Below are positions 21,941-35,627 of a stretch of DNA of 64,000 nucleotides, piece after piece. Numbering within the stretch: position 1 is the first letter of the stretch; the number at the start of each line of letters is the position of its first letter. Under the pieces are notes generated by a model. That model was not told the origin of the DNA and ran no database searches. It worked only from the letters and a program-made list of their open reading frames with translations. The DNA comes from Isurus oxyrinchus. Lineage: Eukaryota. The translations under genes were made by a program, and so were the position numbers. The stretch spans positions 109,244,001-109,308,000 of the forward strand of contig JANJGN010000007.1 of assembly GCA_026770705.1 (NCBI GenBank), written 5' to 3'.

Positions 21941-24919
21941 TAAACATAGAAAGTAGTAGCAGGATTAAGCCATTCAGCCCTTCAAGCTTGCTCCGCCATT
22001 CATCGTGATCATGGCTGATCATCCAACTCAATAGCCTGCTCCCACTTTCGCCAATATCCTTTGGTCCTTTTCGCCCAAGATTTATCTAAATCTTTCTTAA
22101 AAACATACAATGTTTTGGCCTCAACTACTTTCTGTGGTGGCGAATTCCACAGGCTCACCACACCCTGGGTGAAGAACTTCCTCCTCACCTCAGACCTAAA
22201 TGGTCTACCCCATATCCTCAGACGTGACTCCTGGTTCCAGACTCCCCTGCCATCGGGAACATCCTTCCTGACTCTACCATGACTAGTCCCGTTAGAATTT
22301 TATAGATTTCTTTGAAGTCCTCCCTCATTCTTCTGAACTCCAGCAAATGAAATTCTAACTGATTCAATCTCTCCTCATATGCCAGTCCCACCATCCCGGG
22401 AATCAGGCTGGTAAACCTTCGCTGCACTCCCTCTACAGCAGGAACATCCTTCCCCATAAAAGGAGACCAAACCAGCACACAATATTCCAGGTGTGGACTC
22501 ACGAAGGCCCTGTACAATTGCAGCAAGACATCCCCGCTCTTGTACTCGAATTCTCTCGCTATGAAGGCCGACATCATTTCCCTTCTTTACCGCCGGCTGC
22601 ACCTGTATGTTTACATTCAGAGACTGGTGCACGAAGACACCCAGGTCTCGTTGCACATTCCCCTCTCTCAATTTATAGCCATTCAGATAATAATCTGCCT
22701 TCCTGTTTTTGCTCCCAAAGTGGATAACCTCATATTTTATCCACAATATGCTGCATCTGCCATGCATTTGCCCACTCACTCAGCTTGTCCAAATGACTCA
22801 GAAGCATCTCTGCATCCTTCTTACAGCTTACCCTCCCACCCAGCTTTGTGTCTTCTGCGAATTTGGAGATATTACATTTAGTTCCCTCATATAAATTATT
22901 AATATATATTTCAAGTAGCTGGGGTCCCAGAACCGTTCCCTGCGGTATGCCACTATTCACTGCCTGCCATTCGGAAAATGACACAATTATTCCTGTTCTT
23001 TGTTTCCTGTCTGCCAACCAGTTTTCTATCCAGCTCCATACACTACACCCATGCTAATGTCTTATATGGGACTTTGTCAAAAGCCTTCTGAAAGTCCAAA
23101 TAAACCACATCCACTGGTTCCCCCTCATCAGCCCTACTAGTTACATTCTTGAAACATTCCAGTAGATTTGTCAAACATGATTTCTCTTTTGTAAATCCAT
23201 GCTGACTGTCCGATTCTGCCACTGTTTTCCCTGTGCTCAGCTATTAACTATTTTATAATGGACTCTAGAATGTCCCCCACTACTATCGTCAGGCTGAGTG
23301 GTGTATAATTCTCTGTTTTCACTCTACCTCCCTTTTTAAATAGTGGGGCTTCATTAGCTAATCTCCAATTTGTGGGAACTTTTCCAAAGCTTACAGAATC
23401 TCGGAAGGTGAGCACCATTGCATTCATTATTTCCAGGGCCACTTCCTTATGTACTCAGGATTGTCGATTATCTGGCCCTGAGGATTTCCCCAAGCATGTA
23501 CTTAGTTGATCAGCCATTTCTTTGTTCCCCATTATAAGTTCCCCTGCTTCTGCCTGCAAGGGACCTACATTTGTATTCACCAATCTTTTTCCCTTTGCAT
23601 ACCAATGCCTTTACAGTCAGCTTTTATTTGCATACCAATACCTTTACAGTCAGCTTTTATTTTCCCCACAAGCTTACTCCCTTACTCTATTTTCCCCTTA
23701 TTAATCAAATCCTTGGTCCTCCTCTGCTGAATTCTAAACTGCTCCCAATCCTCAGGCCTGTTGTTTTTTAAACCAATTTGTATGTGCCTTCATTGGATCT
23801 AATACTATCGTTGATTTCCCTTTTAAGCCAAGATTTGCCACATTTCCTGTTTTACTTTTGCGCCAGACAGGAATAAACAATTCGTGCAGTTCACCCATGC
23901 GCTCTTTGAATGTTTGTGATTGCCTATCCACCCTGATCCCTTTAAGTAACATTTTCCATTCCATCATATCCATCTCGCGCCTCATACCATCGTAGTTTCC
24001 ATTATTAAGGTTTAGGACCCTACTCTCAGAATCAACTACGTCACTCTCCATCTTGATGAATAATTCTATTATATGATGTTCGCTCATCCCCAAGGGGCCT
24101 CGCTCAAATAGATTGCAATTACTCCTTTCTCATTACACAATGCCCACTCTAGGATGGCATGTTCTCTAGTTGGTTCCTCAACGTATTGGTCCAGAAAACC
24201 ATCTGGTATACACTCCAGGAGTTCCTCCTCTATGGCATTTTTAATAATTTGATTTGCCAAATCTATATGTAGATTAAACTCACCTATAATAACAAATGTT
24301 CCTTTATTGCATGCGTCTCTAATTTTCTATTTAATGCCATTCCTAACATCAGCGTGACAGTTTCGTGGTTTATATACAACCCCTATTAACGGTTTTTGCC
24401 CCTTCGTGTTTCTCAGCTCTAAACATACAGATTCCACATCGTTGGAGCTAATATCTTTCCTCACTATTGCTTTATTTCCTCTTTAACTAGCAATGCATCT
24501 CTGCCGCCTTTTTCTTTCTGTCCATCCTTCGTAAATACCGAATACCCCTGGATGTGCAGTTCCCGTCCATTGTCACCTTGCAGCCATGTCTCCGTAATCC
24601 CATCTATATCATACCCTTTTACATCTTTTTGCACAGTTAATTCATCCACTTTATTGCGAATGCTCCTCGCGTTAAGGCACAAAGCATTAAGGCTTGCCTT
24701 TTTAACATTACTTGTCCCGTTTCAACTATTTTTCACTGAGGCCCCGTTGGATCCTTGCCCTTGATTTCTCTGCCTATCACTTATGTTATTCCCCTTTCTG
24801 TCTTTTGTTCTTGTCCTTAATTCCCTCTCCTCTAACTCCTAGCATAGTTTCCCATTGCCTTATAGTTCTTACCTTCCCCAAACACTCCAGCAAATATTCC
24901 CCCCTTGGCCATCAGTCCC
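21941..24919 (-). mobile_element. CR1 LINE with APE and RT remnants (internal deletion near 23490)
   Basis: CLNARSIRNKVDEL..GITETWL, GIPQGTVLGP, KFAEDTKLGG, VQRRFT. Confidence 0.93.
23594..23659. repeat. 33-bp tandem duplication inside CR1
   Basis: tttgcataccaat(g/a)cctttacagtcagctttta x2. Confidence 0.9.
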
Positions 24920-26169
24920 TGATCGACAGTACCATCAAGTGGCACTTACACAACTATAACCTGTTCACTGATGACTAGTCTTAGTTCTGCCTGTGGCACT
25001 TTACTCCGGACCTCATCTGTTTGGCCTTGTTGAGGGATGAGGCCCTCAACATCAAAACAGCATTTGACAGAATGTGTCAAATCTGTGAGGTCTTTCAAAA
25101 CTCAAGTCAAGTGGAAGGAGTTGGGGAATGTTGTGGGGTTGGGGTTGGGGGTGGGGTGTGGGCGATCCCTCCACTCGTTAAAGCCATAACTAGCACAAAG
25201 TAAAATGGCTGTGGTTGCTGGAGGCCAATCATCTGAGCCCCCGGACATCATTGTAGGAGTCCCTCATGTCCCAAGCTCAAGCGTCTTCATTTGCTTCATC
25301 AATCACTTCCCCTCCATCACAAGGACAGACATGAGGATGCTCGCTGATGATTGAACATTGTTCAGTACTATTAATCTCTCCTCAGCTATGAAAGCAGACT
25401 TTTTCCAATATGTAGAAACACCAGAACAACAATCAGCCTTGGGCTGATAAGTGACAAATAACACTGATATCACACAAGTATCAGGCAACTACCATTTCCA
25501 AAAAGAGAGAATCTAATCATCTCCCCTTGACGTTAAAGAATATTTATGTTGCTTAATGCCTCACCATACACATCCTGGCGGTTACCATTGACCAGAAACT
25601 TAATTAGATACGCCATATAATACTGTTTACAAGAGGTCAGACGCTGGGATTCAGCTGCAAGTAATGTACGTCATGAGTTCCAAAAGTCCGTTCACTATCT
25701 ACAAGGCACATGTCTGGAGTTAGGTGGAATACTCGCCACTTTCCTGGCTGATTGCGGCTCCAACATCACTCAAGAAACTCAACACCATCCAGAACAAAGC
25801 AGCTTGCTTGAATCACACCCCATTCACTATCTTAAACCTTCCCTCACACCACCAAAGACCCACCGTGGCAGTGGTGAGTACTGGATAGAAGATGTACTGT
25901 AGCAACTCTCGAAACCTCCTTCAACAGCCCCTTCCAAACTCGCGACGTCTCCCACATAAAAAGACAAAGGCAGTGGCATGAGGTCACCACCACCTGCAGG
26001 TTCCTCTCCCAGCCTCACACCGTCCTGACTTGACAATATATCACTTTTCCTTAACTATGGCTGGGTCAAAAACCTGGAACTCCCTTCCTAAGAGCACTGT
26101 GGGTGTACCTGATGCCTGAAACTCCTTTCCTAAACAAATATGCATCTGCATCTCCCCAAGATCAAGATG

Positions 26170-27200
26170 GAGCAGTGAAAACGCAGTTAACAGGCGTCAG
26201 GGGCAAATCTTTCCAGTGGCTATAGTGATACCTAGCAGGAAAATGCTTGTGCTTGTTAGAAACTAATCACCTCATCCCCTATGCTGCAAGAGTTCCACGG
26301 GGTATTATTCCCGGCCCAGCTCTCTTCACCTACGTATCCAATTAAATTCTCTCCATTTTTTGGTCAGCAGTGAAGTCGTTTGCCGAAGATTGCACAGTGA
26401 TCAGTATTACTTGCAACTCCTCATATATATTTCATCCCTTTACATGCAAGATCTTGGACAATATCTAGGATTTGACTGATAATTTGCATTATTCATGACA
26501 TACAAGACCCAGGCAATCACCATCTCCAATGTAAGGTGGCCTAGTCAGTTCTCCTTGATAGTTAAGCGAATTACAGCTGCAAAATCCTCCAAGACGTTTG
26601 ATCTCGGGGTAACCAGTGACTGGGCACAAACTGGAACAGCCATAATTTCTGTGGCCACTGGAGCATCTCAGAAATTGAGTATTTCGCAGTGCCTGGTTCA
26701 CCTTCTGACTTCCCAAAGCGTCTACAGCATTAAAACTTGCAAGTCAAGAGCGAGATCGAAAATCTCCCACCTTTCTGGAAAGGTGCAACTGCAACAACAT
26801 TTAAAAAACAAACTTGGAACTGTTCAAGAGACAGATGATTGAACTGTGTATAACCCACTAGTCTAAATATCTAACTTTCCAGAGTTCTGCATGCTGGCTG
26901 CGGTCCATACAATCCTCAGGATTCACTACAGCAATTCTTCAATGCTTCTTCAACAAAACCTCCATAACCTAAAATAAAAAAGTCAGTAGGTGCATAGAAA
27001 CTCCGTAACCTCCAAGCTTCCCTCAAAGTCATGCAAATTCTAAGCTGGAAGTAAACCAAAGTTCCTTCAACATGAATCAAAATCCTGGAACTCCCTACCT
27101 TTGGAAAGATGTTAATGACAAAGAGTGCAGCTGTTCAAGAAGAAGACTCGCTGCCACGTTTTCAAGGGCAATAAATGCCGGCCCACATCTCGAGGATCAA
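26170..27200 (+). mobile_element. Old second-family LINE RT/3' fragment
   Basis: Degenerate VPRG..PGP and FAED motifs; 3' end like the other copies. Confidence 0.65.
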
Positions 27201-27969
27201 TTGTGAAAGAAATATTCCCAAGGCTCATGTTCTTAGCCTGGAATTCAATCTCATTTCCAAACACTGCTTGGCTCCTACTCAATTAATTATTTTGTTCTCT
27301 GTAAAATACAGTAGAATGCTTTTTTTCTGCATTTTTCTGCATGAGATATACCTTGCAAATTAAATTTGTTTTTGCTGGTGTAAACATGTGAAAACATCAA
27401 CTTGCATTTCTGTAGCGCTTTTCATATGCAGCTTTTGAAGTTGTTTACCAAAGCATAAATCTTCAGTATTGGTCTAACCCAAATCATATACAATTTAATT
27501 ACCTTATATGTGCTGGTGCCCAGCTGCACCACTTCTCTTTGCAGTATTCAACTTACCAGGTAAACATGGGATACTTCTCAAGGCAAACCTGATCCTATGG
27601 GTTAAAGGCATTATGCATTTCCCTCACTGGTTCAGAGTCTCTTTGGCCGTTCTTTGTTTATGTCAGAAAATAAAAAACAAAATCTGAAACAAAACCCAAA
27701 ATGCTACAACACAAAGCTGGTCAACTAGCATCTATGGAGATAATCATATAGTCAAGGCAACGTTTCAGATTCAAAGTCAACATTTTGGATTCATGTTCTC
27801 CATATGACTAAAAAAAAAAGAGACAGCAAGTATATTGATGGGTTCAGAAAAACGAGAGAATATATATAACTACACAGAAGTTACAACACCAAAACAGACC
27901 GTTCTGCCAACTAGCCTGAACAGTTACACAAGCAAGTTTTTGACTACATTGGATCATTGAAGAACTTAA

Positions 27970-28650
27970 GGAATAAGAGGAGTAGAGCATTTGACCCTTT
28001 GAGCTTGCTCCCACATCCAATACGAACATAGCTGATCTTCTACCTCAACTCCACCTTTTTCCATTACATCTATAAACATTAATGCCCTTTGCATCCAAAC
28101 ATCTATCAATGCTCCTTTAAATATTCTTTATGGCTGAGAATCTACAGCCCTCTGGAGAACAGAATTGCAAAGGTCCATAACCCTTCCAGTGAATGAAGTC
28201 CTCCTCCGCTCTGAGTTTCTCATGTTTAGTTCTAGATTCCCCAGCCAGTGGAAGCACCTTAACAGCATCATCTCTATCGGGCTTCTTAAGAATTTTATGT
28301 TCCAATGAGGTCGCCTCACATTTTTTGAAATTCTAGGGATTATATGTCAATCATGCTTATTCTCTTCTCATAAGGCAAAGCCTCATCCTAAGAAACAGTG
28401 TAGTGAACCATCGTTGCACTCGCTCCAAGACAAGTGCATCCTTCCTTAGCTTTGGAGATCTGAATCTCAACACAGTAGTCCAGGTATGGTCTCACCAAGG
28501 ACCTATACCATTGCAGCAAAACTTCATTCTTTTTCTGGTTTCATTTTCTAATTTTTTGCTATACCTACCTGTTTACTATCTGCAATTTATGTACAAAGAT
28601 GCACAGATCCTTCTGAACAACAACATTTCCCATAACCTCGGGATTTAAGA
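27970..28650 (-). mobile_element. CR1 3' fragment
   Basis: 3' tail aggaataagaggagtagagcatttgaccc; ORF2 C-terminal remnants. Confidence 0.75.
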
Positions 28651-28729
28651 AATATTCTGCTTTTTAAACGAATTCATGTGAGGATAATATTGTTGGGGAG
28701 GGAAAACCCATTCAGTCAGTGGCAATAGG

Positions 28730-30307
28730 GTCAGACCACAACAACTGCTGAAAGATGAATGGTGCTGGTATCTCAATGGCGACACTTGCAAGGTGATTCT
28801 GAAACGCTTGAATGGCAGTCGCATTCGAGTGGCACCAAATTAGTCAGCTAGGCTACCAACCACTTAGGTGCTTTGCCTTTTATTATCAGTCAAGAGACAT
28901 TTCTTTGTTCCTGCGGGGAAAGAGAGCCCAGAATGCGAAATAAAGTGTTCATACTGGTGGCAGGATGCAATTTATTGCCAAACTGATACCCATTGAAAGG
29001 AAGTTCCGGGGCTGGCAGAGCAGCATGATGGTTGCTCTGTCACAGATGGTGAGGCAGGACTGTGGGTGCAAGAAGGTGATTTTCTTCATGGCCGGGGATA
29101 AAGCATCATTGAGGAGCTTAAAGGATGGTGTTCCTGTGTCCTCCACTCCACATATATCGGCCTGGACAACAGCTGATGCTGGAGGCTCCAGTTTGGAAGG
29201 CGAACCCCTTTGACCTTTCTGTTCTCTCATGCAGGTCTTCCTGAACACAGCACTCCTAACTCCAGGGGACACATTCTACCTCTGAGGAGTAGGAGGAGAC
29301 TTTAACAGGTGCACTGACACATTGAACTAGCTCACAATCTGTCACCTTGGTGGGTGTGCATTTGCTTTAGAGTCAGATTCACAACCTGATGAGGTTACCA
29401 CACATATGCCTGAGCAGCTGTCAGAGGCTGTGACAGATGAGGCCACTGGCACTTGGAGGAATGTTGTAGACCAGTCCGATGCTGAGACCCAGGCTGATGG
29501 CGTCCCTTTGGAGTCTTCAGTAAGGCAGAAGATGACAGAGGAGGTCTTTGCAGCTGTGCAGGTGCCCAACAGTATGCTGAGACTGCCCAGGCCTCAGGGA
29601 GTCTGAAAATGGCTTCCCAGGTCATCACAGGCAAAGGGGAAGCAAGGTCAGAAGCCTGCCTTCACTACATCTGACAAGGAGATGAGAATGCAACAAAGGA
29701 GCACTAGTAAACAATTAAAAAGATCCACTAGATACACGTGGGCCTCATGAGTGAATAGGTTAAGGAATTCCTCCTTGTGTCTGCTCATACTTGTAATGAA
29801 TGTATTCTGTGGTCCATTGACATTTCCATCTACTTTTGGCAGCCAATGCAGGAGTCTGCGAGCTCACCCCCAAGGGCTGTTTCAGAGGGCCAGTAGCACC
29901 ATATTGACCATTCAAAAGCACAAGGTGACACTGAGCGCAATTGCCTGAGCTTTTAACAGAGGAAAACAGCAACATTGGAAGGTGGTGGAAGATCTTTATT
30001 TGACTGGAAGGATGATAAGGAAAAGCTTACCTGAACGGTGGATCTATTAGCTTCCGCACTGCCTATTTCATTGCACCTTCCATGCAGCCTGCTCATGTCG
30101 TTTGGGATGCTGCAGCTGGTCATCAGCTTTCTCATCATCCTCCTCGGTTGAGGATGCCTCTCCCCCCGTTGTATCCTTACAGCGCAGGGCCGCCCAATTC
30201 TGCAGCACAAAGTTGTGCAGCGTGCAGCAGACCACCACAACCTGTGAAAATCCTGCTGGGACATACTGAAGGGCACCACCAGACTGATCCAGGCACTTGA
30301 ATCTCAT
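28730..30307. mobile_element. Harbinger remnant (transposase 3' end on -, probable accessory gene remnant on +), interrupted by CR1
   Basis: KMRFKCLDQSGGALQYVP..VVVVCCTLHN in ORF 30068-30514 is the Harbinger transposase C-terminal motif. Confidence 0.75.
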
Positions 30308-33084
30308 TTTTGTGGCAATAACAGAGACCTGGCTCAAGGAAGAGCAGAACTGGGTGTTAAATATTCCCAGTGAAATGCTGTTCAGAAAACATAGGAAAGG
30401 AAGGAAAGAGGGAGAGGTGGCGTTATTGGTTAAGGAGAGCATTGCAGTACTGGAGAAAGAGGATTCTCCAGAGGGTTCAAGGACATTATGAACTTGTCCA
30501 GACCTAAGTGACAAAAAGGGTGCAATTGCATTGCTCGGTGCAATCTATAGACTGCCAATTAGTGAGAAGTGCATAGAAGAACAAATCTTCAGGGAACAAA
30601 TCTTCAGAGTGATGCAAGCATTATAGAGTAGTTGTAATGGCGGGTGGGGGGGGGGGGGGGTCATTAATTACCTGATGTAGACTAGGATCATGGAATTGTA
30701 AAAGGTGGAGAGAGACAACATTTCCTATGTTTTATTCAGGAGAACTTTCGACAGCAGTATGTGTCTAATCCAAAAAGCAAAGGTGCACTGTTGGATGTGC
30801 TTTTTGGAAATCAGATGGGCCAGGTATATCAAGTGTCAATGCAGGAACATTTAGGGGACAGTAATCATTGTATTGTACATTTTAGGATGATGATAGAAAA
30901 GGACAATAGACAATCCAGTGTAAGAATAATTAACTGGACAATATCCGACTTCTATGGGGCAAGAATGGAGCTGGACTAGGTAGACTGGAAGGAAAGATTT
31001 CAGGAAAAACTATAGTTTAATAATGGGCTATCTTCAAAACAGAATTGGTTTGCAGGCATTCAAAGTACATTTGAAAGGGAAAGGTAGGACAAACAAATCC
31101 AGAGCTCCCTGGATGAAAAAGATGATAGAAATTAAGATTAAGAAGTGAAAGTGTACTTACAGCAGGTGCCAGGTAGAAAGTAAATTGAGAACGAAGAAGA
31201 ATACAAAGGTTCAGAGGAGAGCTGAAACACATATTAGAGAAGTGAAGAGCGATTATGAGTGAATTTGTTGGCAACCAACAAAAAGGGGAATCCCAAATTC
31301 TTCTATAAGCATATAAATAGGAAAAGGTTGGTAAAAGCAGGTCTAAGGCCGGTTCTGGACCTAAAAGGGAATGTACACGTGGCATGGCTGCGCTATTAAC
31401 TGAATACTTTGCATCCATCTTTAGCAAGGAGGTAGATGGTCCCCGGGCCGTGGTGACGGATGAGGAAATGCAAGCAAAAGGAGGGCTGAAAACTGACAAG
31501 GAGGAAGTGTTGAATAGACTGTCGGTGCTTAAATTGACAAGGCACCAGGACCCGATTAGATGCATCCAAGGATATTGAAGGAAGTGAGATTAGAAAGAAA
31601 TTGCAGGGGCACTGACCATAAACTTTCAGTCTTCTAGAAGCCTGTGGCTGTCGTCTAGAGACTGGAGAATTGCAAACATTACGCCCTTGTTCAAAAAAGA
31701 TTGTCAAGATAAGCCCAGCAATTACAGACCAGTTAGTTTAACAGCAGTGGCAGGCAAGATTCTAGAAACAATTATTCAGGCTAGCATTAGTAGTCACATG
31801 GAAAAATATGGGTTGATAAAGGAAGAGCCAGCATGAACTTCAAATGGGAAATCATATTTAACTAACTTGCTGGAGATTTTTGAAGAGGCAGGAAAAAAAT
31901 TGCATGAGAGTAATGCTGTTGATGTAGGGCACATGGATTTTCAAAAGGCATATGACACCACGTCGCACAACAGACTTGTGAGAAATGTACTATTCACGGA
32001 ATAAAAGGTACAGTAGGAACGTGGATACAAAATTGGCTGAAAAAGAGGAAACAGAGAGGAATGGCCAATGTATATTTTTCGGGCTGGAGGAAGGTTTGTA
32101 CTGGAGTTCCCCAGGGGTCAGTATTGGGGCCCTTGCGTTCCCTGATAAACATGAATGATGTAGATCTTGGTGTGCCAGACAGAATTTCAAAGTTTCCAGA
32201 TGATATGAAAAATGGGAGTGTAGAGAACTGCAAGGAGGACAGTGTCGAACTTCAAAAATAAATAGACAGTTTGGTGGAGTGGACAGAGAAGTGGCAGATG
32301 AAGTTCAATGTGGAGGATCGTGAGGTGATGCATTTTGGTAGGAAGAACATGGTCAGGTAATTTAAAATAAGGGGTGAAATTTTGAAGGGGGTGCAGGGGC
32401 GTAAAGACTTGGGTGCATAGCTCATTAAAGGTGGCAGGGGAGGTGGAGAGAACAGAAAATAATGCATATAGTACCCTGGGCTTTTTTAATAGGGCATAGA
32501 GCACAAGGGCAGGGAGGTTATGCTGAATTTATATAAGACACTCATTAGAACTCAGAATTATATTGTGTACAGTTCTGGGCGTGACATTGTAGGAAGGATG
32601 TAAAGACGTTGGAGAGAGTACAGAAGAGATTTACAAAAATGGTTCGGGGATTTGAAACTGCAACTATGATGATGGATTGAGCAGCTTGGCACTGTTCTCC
32701 TTGATTGAACAAGGAGATTTGAGAGAGATGTTCAAAATCTTGATGGGGCTGGACAGAGTAAATAGAGAGAAGTTGTTCCTGCTTGTAAAATAATCAAGAA
32801 CGAGAGGGCACAGATTTAAAGTGATTTGCAAAAGAAGCAAATGCGACGTGAAAAAAAAAAGCTTTTTCGCACAACGAATGGTTCGGGCATGGAAATTTCA
32901 TGGAGACAGGTTTTATCGAGGCATTCAAGGAGGCGTCAGATGATTTTGTGTCTAAAAACAACGTGCAAGGATATGGGGAAAAGGCAGGGCAATGAGACTA
33001 GCACACAATGCTCATTTGGAGAGCCGGCGCAAGCACGATGGGCTAATGGAACCCTCCGTGACGTTAATATTCTGTGATATTGTG
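30308..33084 (+). mobile_element. CR1 LINE ORF2 (APE + RT) to 3' tail
   Basis: VAITETWL, GVPQGSVLGP, KFPDD; ends attctgtgatattgtg. Confidence 0.93.
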
Positions 33085-33249
33085 TCCTTAACATGAAAAG
33101 GGGAGGTGAGATGGATGGCTCCGCTGTAACCCTTTAATGTTCCTTGCCTGAGGACAAGCTATGTTTGCTCCTTCATTGGTGTCCATCATGCAGCAATCTA
33201 CTTGTACCAATCAGTGCAGCAGTCCAGGAAATTTAAAAAGGGGGGTCTT

Positions 33250-33970
33250 GGCCCCAGATTTTGCGATCAATGGCAAAACAAAGGCATTTGACCTCCAAAG
33301 AAAGATTCGCTGAGGGATCCAGTAAATTCTGTGAAGAGTAATTCATCACTTCAACTTGCAATTGATTGTAACTCTCTTTAGTGAAGCTGCTGTGATGGTA
33401 TCATGCCGCTCCAGCAACGAGTCACGTTAAAGTATTTCACAGCCAACCACCCGGAAGTGAAACGTACTAAGAAAGCACTTCTAAAACATTTTGTACAGAG
33501 TGAATAAAGATTAACATATGCAATTGGGATTAAGATCGAAACTAAAAATCATGATTTTATTTTTTAATCTAGCAACTAAACATACTTGAGAAATTTAACA
33601 TTACATTTTTTTCGTGGCTGGATCAGTTTTTCAGTAGTCATTGCACAGGTTGTCATTTAAAAAATATATCTACATGTCACTGAAAAAAGTTTAAATTCTT
33701 GTAGGTTTTCTAACAGATTTATGAGAACGGAAAAGTGGAACTTCTCGCCAAATTAATTCATTTCGTTATCTGCTAGTTCTGGGAGGTAGCGGATTGGGAG
33801 GGTGTCCATCGTGTCATTGTGCAGCCTGTTGTGGAGCAGCGAATGACAAGCCACAACTTTAGGGCTTACACATCTTTCTGCGCTTGTGCTAAATCCTGGA
33901 GGCGCGATTAGATTCAGAAGAATGATAACGCCGAATGTTCATCATCAAAACCCCTTCAAATTCCAGGCCC
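33250..33970. mobile_element. Putative MITE
   Basis: Imperfect termini ggccccagatttt / aaattccaggccc, similar to the Harbinger-type TIRs in this window. Confidence 0.4.
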
Positions 33971-34853
33971 TTTAACTTCCGCCGTAGTTGCACTCACATG
34001 AATACCGAGAGGCAAACTGATTATGTAAGTCACGAGATCACGGAAAATTGAACTTAGATAAGTTAGATGCATAACTACAGTACACACAAGAGCTCTTGAC
34101 GCTTTACGATCATCTATCAATCCCTCCACCCAAAAGCATCTCTGAGCAGAAAACTGGCCTTGTCTCCACGAAAAAAAAAGACGTGTTTCCTGAGCTATTG
34201 CTTGCTGCGAGACTCCGTGCAATTGTGATCTGGTTCCAGGTGCAGCAGTCAATAAATTAATTTTCTTCCAATTTGTAATTGCTTTTAACTTATCCTCAAC
34301 GAGAGCTGCCCAAGATCTGTTTATTTTAATGCGTTTTTATAGCATAAGTCACCTTAAAAAGTGAAAAGTGTCCTTGATTGTACGCTCCTAAATATGCTGT
34401 CTAATTTTCATGAATTGATTGAAACGTTAGCTTCTATATTTGAAAAAGTAGTATATGATGTGATATATTGCGATATGTGATATAGCAGTATATGATATGA
34501 AGAATTAATGGAAACCCAACAAAGGTATTGGAAGTTGTTCCATGCCTATGGAAACATTCCCCCGATGAGTCAAATGTTGAAGGAGAGGGGACAAAATGAC
34601 AAGGTATTCCACTGAATGTGCTTAGACCCTACAAACGACTTTGAAAATGTTACATATCTGTATGATGTTAATTTCTGTGCTACAGAAATTGAGTTGTTCA
34701 TAGCGTTGAAAGGGGCAAGGAATATATTCTTATATAAAGTACATTTATGATTTCTAAAGTTGTAATGTAAGCCATTTATTTGACAAGTTGGTCAGTTTTC
34801 AAAAGCACCTGTATCGGATTTTTATGGAAAAATTGACTTTTGCCTTGATGTGA

Positions 34854-35414
34854 GGCCCTGAATGCCTAATGCATTAACATCCAAGATTAAAAGAAAATAA
34901 TCCGTCTTGATTACATTTATTCTCAGGATTTTGTAGTCAGTGGAGAAGGAACTGTGCTCACCATTCACTATGCTTACAGCTACACACATTCCTTTTTGCA
35001 GGCTTTTAAGTGCCAACGTGCTGATACCAAGAGTCTCATCCAGTACACCACCTTCTACAAGCAATCGATAGCATGTGTGAGCAGGGGAATTTACAGCAAT
35101 GTTCCTCAACCAATCAGATGGAAGAATTCTCACTGCTAAACTTGCAGACCTGGAAGGGGAGAGTGGAGAAATGGAACTGTTTGGATTGCTCTTTGGAGAG
35201 CAGACACACCCTCAATAGGCCAAACTGTCTCATTGTGTGCCATAATTGAGCTGTAACAAAGCTTCCGGAAGGGCAAGGCAACTTGGTTCAGCAAAGCCTG
35301 TAATTGCATGTTTATCTGCACATATGTAGACCCAGAAGTTGTTGATCCATTCACTCCATGATAGCAGGAACTCCTGTTAGCTTCACCATCAATCGTCTTG
35401 CAAAATTCAGGCCA
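34854..35414. mobile_element. Putative MITE
   Basis: Imperfect termini aggccctgaat / aaaattcaggcc. Confidence 0.35.
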
Positions 35415-35627
35415 GTATCTACAGTCAGCCTGCATTATATTCAAAATGATTGGCTAACATCTCAGATAATGTAATCATGTTTGCCACAGAGAAAACAAGA
35501 CATAAATGTTACCTGCATCGGCTATTGATGGGATTTTGCTGGTCAGGTATAATGTGTTTGCAGAGTAACACCTGTGACACACTCATACTTTGCTTTGTCA
35601 AGGGCAGTGTTATTCTCCAAAGCATCT

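Larger units (their letters stand above)
19850..26110 (+). mobile_element. Second-family LINE (APE + RT), near-full ORF2, split by the CR1 insertion at ~21941-24919
   Basis: APE start (LLTNTWMLAPKLGEL), RT remnants (IKTAFDR, LADD); sequence resumes collinearly at ~24919. Confidence 0.8.
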